Source: Candidatus Hadarchaeota archaeon
Lineage (GTDB): Archaea > CAYQAE01 > CAYVLA01
Direction of reading: 5' to 3'
NCBI GenBank assembly: GCA_964452145.1
Contig: CAYVLA010000070.1
Coordinates: 1-16,270, forward strand
DNA: 16,270 nucleotides
Shown: piece by piece, positions 1 to 6,481 of the stretch
Layout of the letters: each line of letters opens with the position of its first letter
Position numbering within the stretch: position 1 is the first letter of the stretch
Program-made: the position numbers and the translations under genes
Notes under the pieces: generated by a model
What the model was told of the DNA's origin: nothing
The model's database searches: none
Seen by the model: only the letters and a program-made list of their open reading frames with translations

Positions 1-55
1 ATGGGATCATGCTACCGGCCGATGGGATCATGCTACCGGCCGATGGGATCATGCT
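1..55. repeat. 21-bp tandem repeat (ATGGGATCATGCTACCGGCCG x2 plus a 13-bp partial third copy); may continue beyond the left edge of the window
   Basis: Identical units at 1-21 and 22-42, then ATGGGATCATGCT at 43-55, which contains the minus-strand TGA stop (49-51) of the exchanger gene. Confidence 0.95.
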
Positions 56-1011
56 GTCGGCACAATGCCCGAGAAGGTCACGAGGATGTAGACGGCATAG
101 AGTACCACCAGCATCGCGGCGGCCCGTCTTGAGATGATGCCATTCCTTCCCACTATCATCAGCAGCAGGACGGCGCCGATCATCACGGGCAGATCGAAGA
201 AGGCGAGAGAGCCCTCAGCGGTGAGAGCTTCTCCGTGGACGAGCACGTTCACCAGCGTGGCGCACGCCAAGACCAAGGTGACGTCATAGACGTTTGCCCC
301 CAACACGTTTCCGATGGATATCTCCTCGACTCGCTTCATGGTCGATGTGAGTCCGGTTGCGAACTCGGGGATTGAGGTCCCCACGGCCACGAGGGAAAGG
401 CCGATCACAAACTTGGGCACATGCAGGGCCGACGCTATGGATGTGGCGGCATGAATGAGAAGGTAGGAACCCGATCCAAGTACGGCACCCCCAACGAGTA
501 TGTAGGCCAGGTCGCGGGCGAGGCTTCCTGAACGTGGTGCGCTTGCGGTGGGGGCCCCTACGAACCGGCGACGGTAGCTGTGGGTTATCGATGCGCAAAG
601 CACAACGAGCAGAATGATTGCATCGACTGCTCCAAGTGATCTGCCCACCAGGGCGAGCGCGTAGAAGGCAAGGTAGACAAGAAGCACGTTGCGTCCGAAG
701 TAGCGTAGAAAGGATTTGTCGAAACTCAGAGGTCGGATCAGCCCGCATATGCCGATTATCCCAAGAACGTTGAAGATCGTCGAGCCTATGGCGTTGCCGA
801 CTGAGATCCCCGCGTCTCCGAGGGCGCTGGCCATGGTGCTCACCGTGAGTTCGGGCAGGGTTGTCATCAGGCCGGCTAGGACCATCCCTAGCATCCCGGC
901 CGAGATGTGTTTCCTTAGCGATATGCCCCAGATCGAATCCGCTAGCAGGTCGGCACCTTTGAAGACCATGATGAAAGACAGCGCCAGAAGCGGAACGTCA
1001 AGGAGGTTCAT
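49..1011 (-). CDS. Ca2+/cation antiporter (CaCA, Na_Ca_ex; YrbG/NCX_Mj-like)
   Basis: 320 aa, about 10 hydrophobic helices in two inverted halves; alpha-1 repeat MTTLPE...ISVGNAIGSTIFN and alpha-2 repeat GTSIPE...ISIGNVLGANVYD. Confidence 0.93.
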   Translation of the reverse strand: MNLLDVPLLALSFIMVFKGADLLADSIWGISLRKHISAGMLGMVLAGLMTTLPELTVSTMASALGDAGISVGNAIGSTIFNVLGIIGICGLIRPLSFDKSFLRYFGRNVLLVYLAFYALALVGRSLGAVDAIILLVVLCASITHSYRRRFVGAPTASAPRSGSLARDLAYILVGGAVLGSGSYLLIHAATSIASALHVPKFVIGLSLVAVGTSIPEFATGLTSTMKRVEEISIGNVLGANVYDVTLVLACATLVNVLVHGEALTAEGSLAFFDLPVMIGAVLLLMIVGRNGIISRRAAAMLVVLYAVYILVTFSGIVPTA

Positions 1012-1184
1012 CAGCGATCGCTCACTAAGGTTCCCAGAAATGCGTCCCTACCACGGACCGCAGGGACGGTATCGGACAGTTGCATCGGTCCGGGAATGGG
1101 CACGGAGATACGGGCGGGGTCACGTTCAAGCTTCTCCAGCTACTCTCAGGCTACTCTCACAGACGCCCCAACTCGGGGGGTGGG

Positions 1185-1200
1185 TGTTAAAATGTATCTT
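1185..1200 (-). promoter_or_regulatory. Putative archaeal TATA-like promoter upstream of the exchanger (AAGATACATTTTAACA on the minus strand)
   Basis: The clearest AT-rich tract in the 1012-1212 intergenic region; TTTTAAC resembles the tract upstream of the GMP synthase gene. Implies a leader of about 150 nt. Confidence 0.35.
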
Positions 1201-1212
1201 AGACACAGGGCT

Positions 1213-3162
1213 TCACGGCAACAGGCTGACAACGGAATGCAGATGCAGAGATGGAATCTCGATCTGTAGTCCTTCCCTGGTCCGGTGCGAAGCCAAACGT
1301 TGGTGGCCCGGCTCCAAGAACGCCTCGTCCGCCTCGGAATCTGTTCTGGTTCTCACCGTCATCCTCCCCAGTGGTGGGACGAAGTCCGTGATCGGGTACT
1401 CAGGCGCGACCTGCATGTTGGCCGTGTTGCTCAGATGGACCAGCAGTCTTCCGTCTTTCCGCCTCAGGGACACATCGACACAGGGCGGGCCACGCAGCTC
1501 GACCATGGGTCTTGGAAACAGCCTCTTCACGACGCCAAGAAGGAAGCGCCTTGCCACCGGGTTATGGCTGCGGTGGTAGACAGTGCCGAAGGGGCCGAAG
1601 ATCGATCCCAGCGATCCTTTGTGGTGATCGTTCATGGCCGCCGCACAGATCCTCTCCCCTCTTGTGTCCGAAGAGGGATAACCCCAGCCGAGGATGCGGG
1701 AATCTCCGGGTTGAACCCTCTGCCACAGTCCACCCACCCAAGCAAGAGATCCCTCTGCCTGCAGATACATGTTCTGCCTGTCTGCGGGTTGCCCCGTGAA
1801 TTCGACAAGGAGGTAGTCTTCGAACATGTTTGTCACCTCGGCACCCACCAGAAGAAGCGAGCCTCCGCGGGCCACGTATTCCATGAGGGAGCCACGGAAA
1901 TCCTCTGCAATAGCGACGCATTCGGGTAGGACCACTAACGGATACTGATCCAATTTGGGGACAAGCTGGTGTTCGGCAAGAACGTCCACCGAGCAGTGGA
2001 GCTCGAGGAGGGCATGAAGCATGCCGTTGATGGGGGCCATCAGATCGTCCCAGCCCCCGAAGAGGCGATCGCTCCTCCCATAGAGATTCGATCTGGATAG
2101 GACGAGAGCCACCTGGGGCACGGTTTGAGTCCTGCGGGAGAGGGCTTTGCGTGCGCGGCAGAATTTCGCCACCTCCGCCATGATCTTGATCATCCAGTCG
2201 TCGATCCAACCGGCCCTAGTTGGGTTGTAGTAGATCTGGAATTCTCCGCCCTGCCCAAGGACAATCGAGGCCTCTTGCTTGAGCTGGATCGGGGTCTTGA
2301 GGGACCAGCCGCAGTCCCTTCCTTTGTTGAAGCCCCAGGCCATCAGGTCCCACGGCAATCCCGTGGATGCCATGTAGCGTGCATTCAATCTTGCTGTGTT
2401 CACCGAGTCGCCGGGTGAGTAGTCCCCTGAGATGAAGTCCACCGGGACGGTGGGGGGATCGGGGGAGAGGCTCGTGTACAGCCAGTTGCTGGCGATCTGG
2501 AAGGTGGACTTGTACTCGTGAAGTGCGTCCACGTACCTGCGGACGTACTGCCTGAAGGCCTCCCTCTGGAACTCTAACATTTCGGGCCAGCCCGGATCCG
2601 CGGAGTTGGTGGGCATCTTGTCGAGGCCCTTCCGTTGCTTGTACGCCGTCCGGGCTGCGGGACCAAAATCCGGTTTGACTGCCCAGCAGTCTCCGTCCAC
2701 CCAGGCGCCGTCCACATCGTAGAGATCGATGAGTTCCTTCATCTGGGGTATGAGGAGCTCGTCGCAGTACGGTCCGAAAGTGCTTGTGGAGTCCTTGTCA
2801 GGTCTCCCCTCGGCATCGATTCTGGCCCAGTCCGGATGCTTCTCAATCGCAACCGAATCCCAAACACCCGAATAGTGCACATAGAGACCGACGCCGCGTT
2901 TCCCGGTGACCTTGCGCCAGACTGCCAGGGAATCCCTCACGATTCCTGGGGACGGAGTCCCCACCCTCGTCGGGTAGCCCGCATAGCCCGGGTGGCCCTT
3001 GCAGTCATACTGGACGTAGTCGGGTCTGACTTTGGAGAGAAGGCGGTCAACCATCTCCTCGGTCAGGTCCTTCCCCAGCTCCGTGTCGGCCTTGCCCGGG
3101 TGAAGATCGAAGTGAAGCCCAAAGAAGCAGTCCCTCCTCCTTCTCGGTCTGGACCTAGGCAT
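1213..3162 (-). CDS. Putative glycoside hydrolase: GH29/GH151/GHL6-like TIM barrel plus beta-galactosidase-trimerisation-like domain (alpha-L-fucosidase-like)
   Basis: 649 aa; N-terminal GLHFDLH and DYVQYDCKGHPGYAGYPT; DGAWVDGDCW (candidate nucleophile Asp, like GH29 DGxWxD); C-terminal LDQYPLVVLPE...YVARGGSLLLVG typical of GH42-type trimerisation (GATase1-like) domains; no signal peptide. Confidence 0.75.
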   Translation of the reverse strand: MPRSRPRRRRDCFFGLHFDLHPGKADTELGKDLTEEMVDRLLSKVRPDYVQYDCKGHPGYAGYPTRVGTPSPGIVRDSLAVWRKVTGKRGVGLYVHYSGVWDSVAIEKHPDWARIDAEGRPDKDSTSTFGPYCDELLIPQMKELIDLYDVDGAWVDGDCWAVKPDFGPAARTAYKQRKGLDKMPTNSADPGWPEMLEFQREAFRQYVRRYVDALHEYKSTFQIASNWLYTSLSPDPPTVPVDFISGDYSPGDSVNTARLNARYMASTGLPWDLMAWGFNKGRDCGWSLKTPIQLKQEASIVLGQGGEFQIYYNPTRAGWIDDWMIKIMAEVAKFCRARKALSRRTQTVPQVALVLSRSNLYGRSDRLFGGWDDLMAPINGMLHALLELHCSVDVLAEHQLVPKLDQYPLVVLPECVAIAEDFRGSLMEYVARGGSLLLVGAEVTNMFEDYLLVEFTGQPADRQNMYLQAEGSLAWVGGLWQRVQPGDSRILGWGYPSSDTRGERICAAAMNDHHKGSLGSIFGPFGTVYHRSHNPVARRFLLGVVKRLFPRPMVELRGPPCVDVSLRRKDGRLLVHLSNTANMQVAPEYPITDFVPPLGRMTVRTRTDSEADEAFLEPGHQRLASHRTREGLQIEIPSLHLHSVVSLLP

Positions 3163-3246
3163 GCCTGGCTGTCGAGTCCCTCCGCTATTAGATTTGACTC
3201 TCGGTCATTGGGCTGAACGCTGATGGAAGGTTGACATGGCCGGCAG

Positions 3247-4326
3247 GTGGCGAGAGAACCAGTGCGTTTCAATGCCTTGTTCAGATGTCTGCAAAACCTT
3301 CAAATCCCGGCGGGGGGCTTATGGGCCGCAAGCAGGGGACATCTTTTATGGTCGCTCGAGAAATCCGAGACAGGAAAGTGGGCACATTCCCCGATGCGGG
3401 GGCTTGGAATGATCATAGAAGAAAGCCGGCTTCAGGCATTGACCTCCCTTTATTCCACGACGAAGGACCTGTTCCTCCAGAGCAACTCCCATAGGCTGTG
3501 GTGCTTGGTCCTTCTGGTATCCTCCCTGGTCGTATTGAGTCTGCTCTTCTATCTTGCAGAAGGGCCGATCAGGTCGGTTATGGCCGTGGCGGCAACTCTT
3601 GTGTCCTTTAGCCTCCTCATCGGCGAACTCCATCTGAACAGGAGGCTCTCCTTGACGCGCTCCGTTCTTGCCAATCTGGAAAAGGAGCTCGCATGCCATA
3701 TCTCGGATTACCTGGGCCGGCCTGTCGCCGAAGGTCGTCGGAAGCTCGGGCGGAGAACCGGTGATTCGGCGCCCGCCGCTGCTTCGACAGTTCTTTGGCC
3801 GGTGAGCCTGATGTCAACGCCGGGTATCGAGGGGTCGTCTCTTGCCTCGACCGACTCGCGCAACTGGATACTCTTTATCCACGGATTGGCAACGTTCGCG
3901 GTCCTTGTGCCTCTGGGGGCCCAGGTTCTGGCGACGGGCGAGGTCGATCTGCTGAGTTCGTTCATGACCCTAACATTCCTTCTGGCCCTGCTGGTCTACT
4001 CGATCTTCTTCGTCTACGTGGTTGCCTCGGAGCAGAAGCTGTCGGGTCTGGTTCTGGGCAAGGCGGAGAGTAGCGCAAGGGATCAGTCCCGGAAGATGGC
4101 ATGGAGATCCGTCGGGGCGATCGTGGCCGTTGTGGGCCCCCTGTTCTGTTATGCCCTCTTGGGTTCAAAGGCCTTGGAGATGGCGGACTACCTGCGGGGG
4201 GCCATCATGGGCAAGGGGTCGGGGTTGGGCTTCTGGGTCCCAGTGGCTCTTTCCGCCGGGCTCATCATGCTGTTCGTCTCCCTGTTCTGGCGTGAGGCCG
4301 TCCCGCACGGGAACCTGGAGAGATAG
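3247..4326 (+). CDS. Hypothetical multi-pass membrane protein; true start may be ATG 3394 or 3409
   Basis: Long ORF filling the gap between flanking genes, ending 10 nt from the convergent GMP synthase stop; about 6 hydrophobic segments arranged in pairs; the first ~50 codons look like non-coding extension. Confidence 0.65.
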   Translation: MAREPVRFNALFRCLQNLQIPAGGLWAASRGHLLWSLEKSETGKWAHSPMRGLGMIIEESRLQALTSLYSTTKDLFLQSNSHRLWCLVLLVSSLVVLSLLFYLAEGPIRSVMAVAATLVSFSLLIGELHLNRRLSLTRSVLANLEKELACHISDYLGRPVAEGRRKLGRRTGDSAPAAASTVLWPVSLMSTPGIEGSSLASTDSRNWILFIHGLATFAVLVPLGAQVLATGEVDLLSSFMTLTFLLALLVYSIFFVYVVASEQKLSGLVLGKAESSARDQSRKMAWRSVGAIVAVVGPLFCYALLGSKALEMADYLRGAIMGKGSGLGFWVPVALSAGLIMLFVSLFWREAVPHGNLER

Positions 4327-4336
4327 CGCTGGATTC

Positions 4337-5302
4337 CTAGACGGCCTCTATGGTTGAGGGGGGCTTCTTGGTCACGTTGTAAGTCACGCTGACCACCCCG
4401 GGAACACGGTAGGTGATCGTGTCGGCAAGCCTTTCGAGGGTCTCATGGGGCAGCCTCGTGGGCGAAGCCATCTTGGCGTCCTTGCTCTCCCAGCACCTAA
4501 TCTCTATCTGAAGACCGAAATCTCTCTTGCCATCGCGTATCCCCGTGACCTTGTCTTCATGAAGGATGGCCATGTACTGGAATGCCCCGGTATCGGAAAG
4601 CTCGTCCTCGACTATGGCAGTGGCGGCTCTGACGATCTCGACTCTATCAGGCGTGACCTCGCCTATGACCCTGGCCGCAAGGGCCGGTCCCGGGAAGGGC
4701 GGCCTGTCGTACACGTCCTTTGGAAGTCCGAGGGCCTTGGCGACCGATCTGACACCGGACTTCCTGAGCTGGATGAGCGGTTCTAGGACCCTGTATCCAT
4801 ACTCCTTTTCGGTATCGATGCCTAGCTGTTCGAGGATGTTGTGTTGGCGCTTGATGCCCGCAACGGTCTCCTCAACATCGGTGTAGTTGGTTCCCTGCAA
4901 GAGGTAGCGGGCCTTGTCCTGCCTGACGATCCTGCTGAAGACGTTCTTGTAGAATGTGTCGGTTATGGCCTGCCTCTTCTCCTCCGGGTCCGTGAGGCCC
5001 TTGAGCGCCGTGAAGAACTCCTTGCGGGAGTCCACAAGACGGACCTCGACGCCCAGTTTCTTGAATTGAGATACAACCCTCTGGGGTTCGTCCTGTCGCA
5101 TCAGACCTGAGTCAACGAAGTAGGTATGAAGCCGGGCCCCCAACGCTCTGTGGCCGAGCATGGTGACGGCCGAGGAGTCAACTCCCCCTGATAGTGCATT
5201 GATGGCCGATCCACCCCCCACGGCCGATCGTATCTCTTCAACTTTCTCGGCTATGAACTCCTCCGGTCTGAGCTGCTCAAGAGTGATCTCGTCTAAGTCC
5301 AT
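4337..5302 (-). CDS. guaAB: GMP synthase subunit B-like (stand-alone ATP pyrophosphatase plus dimerisation domain; no glutaminase domain)
   Basis: PP-loop ALSGGVDSS, VDSGLMR, LKGLTDPEEKR, LLQGT, EPLIQLRKSGVR, PFPGPALAARVIGEVT and C-terminal TKKPPSTIE. Confidence 0.88.
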   Translation of the reverse strand: MDLDEITLEQLRPEEFIAEKVEEIRSAVGGGSAINALSGGVDSSAVTMLGHRALGARLHTYFVDSGLMRQDEPQRVVSQFKKLGVEVRLVDSRKEFFTALKGLTDPEEKRQAITDTFYKNVFSRIVRQDKARYLLQGTNYTDVEETVAGIKRQHNILEQLGIDTEKEYGYRVLEPLIQLRKSGVRSVAKALGLPKDVYDRPPFPGPALAARVIGEVTPDRVEIVRAATAIVEDELSDTGAFQYMAILHEDKVTGIRDGKRDFGLQIEIRCWESKDAKMASPTRLPHETLERLADTITYRVPGVVSVTYNVTKKPPSTIEAV

Positions 5303-5325
5303 GATCGGCCGCCACCCTTTTCGCC

Positions 5326-5340
5326 TGTTAAAAATATTAC
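5326..5340 (-). promoter_or_regulatory. Putative TATA box of the GMP synthase B gene (TAATATTTTTAAC)
   Basis: AT tract 5328-5339 ends about 25 nt upstream of ATG 5302, the archaeal TATA-to-start spacing of a leaderless or short-leader mRNA; GGGTGG lies just before the ATG. Confidence 0.55.
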
Positions 5341-5416
5341 GCGGGTAGCGTACAGCCCCGTAGCTGTGGTAGTGACAGTCTCGCGGTCAGGCTGAGGCGG
5401 CGTCCGTTTCATGGGC

Positions 5417-6481
5417 CTAGCCGACGATGGTCTTCCAGTCCACGTTCTTCTCGAAGAGCTTCCTTGCGATCTCGATCCTTCGTTCGTCGCGGATCTTGCC
5501 AATGGTTCTCTGCACGAGGTTCAGCGTCGTGAGCGTGTCATGGGGAACCAGTATCAAAGGGATGGACATGTCGTCGGCCCGGGGCAGGATCTTGATGCTC
5601 GGGTACAGATTGCCTGTGAGGACCAGCCCAGCCGCTCCCGCCTCCATGGCCGCGAGTATTATGTCCGTGCGGTCGCCCCCGGTTATGACCAGCTCATCGG
5701 CGGTTCTTCTGAAGTACTTCATGGCGCTCTCCATGGTCATCGCGCCAACAAGGTAGTTACGTATGGTCTTACCCATTCCCTCCTCCCCGGCAAGGACTTT
5801 TCCGTCGATGGCTCTACAGATCTCCGCGACAGTCAAGGCGCCGAGGGCCTTGTCCTCAGGAATGGATCCCAGGACTCTGATTCCCCTTCCCTCAAGGTAC
5901 GGGGTGACCACGCGGCGCATTCTGTCCATTTTCTCGCCTGGCACCCGGTTCAGCAGAACCCCGGCAACCTGGGATCTGTTCTGTTCGCAGTAGTCCCGAG
6001 CCTGGAGCACATCGTCCACCAGCCAGTCGCTTGCCGCATGTGCGACGAGCACGACCTTTGAGCCCAGCTGGGCCGCGACGCGGGGCACGTGGAGACCAAG
6101 GAATGATCCCGTCGATAGATCATCAGGCCCCTCGATCAGCATCAGGTCCTTGCCCTCTGAGAGGCTGTTCCATGAGGCCCTTATCTTCTCGATCAGCTCC
6201 TCGGGCTTGGCAGAGGCAAACGCCTCTAAGAACTCGTCCCTGCCCAGGGTGATCGGACAGATGACATCGTGGGGATCCTTCAGGTCCAAGATGCGGCTCA
6301 TCGTTTCGACATCCTCGTCTATGAGGTTGCCTTCGGGGTCGAGCGAGGACCCCAGGCCTATGGGTTTGAAGTAGCCAACCTTCATTCCTGCTGATCTTGC
6401 CTTGGAGGCAACGGAAAGCAGAACGAGGGTCTTCCCCGCCAACTTCTCTATCGATGCAATGTAGACGCTTCTCACCATCAC
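5417..6481 (-). CDS. Phosphotransacetylase-N-terminal-like protein (BioD-like AAA_26 plus DRTGG domains) lacking the PTA catalytic domain; start GTG 6481 or ATG 6478
   Basis: N-terminal P-loop-like IASIEKLAGKT, VGYFKPIG, LMLIEG, GVLLNRV; DRTGG motif LVITGGDRTDIILAAM...LVLTG...IPLILVPHDT; 354 aa, too short to include PTA_PTB; start overlaps the upstream stop, with GGAGGAG RBS at 6486-6492. Confidence 0.88.
   Translation of the reverse strand: MMVRSVYIASIEKLAGKTLVLLSVASKARSAGMKVGYFKPIGLGSSLDPEGNLIDEDVETMSRILDLKDPHDVICPITLGRDEFLEAFASAKPEELIEKIRASWNSLSEGKDLMLIEGPDDLSTGSFLGLHVPRVAAQLGSKVVLVAHAASDWLVDDVLQARDYCEQNRSQVAGVLLNRVPGEKMDRMRRVVTPYLEGRGIRVLGSIPEDKALGALTVAEICRAIDGKVLAGEEGMGKTIRNYLVGAMTMESAMKYFRRTADELVITGGDRTDIILAAMEAGAAGLVLTGNLYPSIKILPRADDMSIPLILVPHDTLTTLNLVQRTIGKIRDERRIEIARKLFEKNVDWKTIVG

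Noticed and set aside
716..1579. 287-aa plus-strand ORF and other long antisense ORFs over the exchanger and glycoside hydrolase (1285-1929, 2635-3216)
   Set aside because: Antisense shadows of well-supported minus-strand genes in GC-rich DNA; no recognisable motifs.
5417..6481. Annotating the gene as pta or bioD
   Set aside because: No PTA catalytic domain; the added DRTGG domain and acd coupling argue against dethiobiotin synthase.
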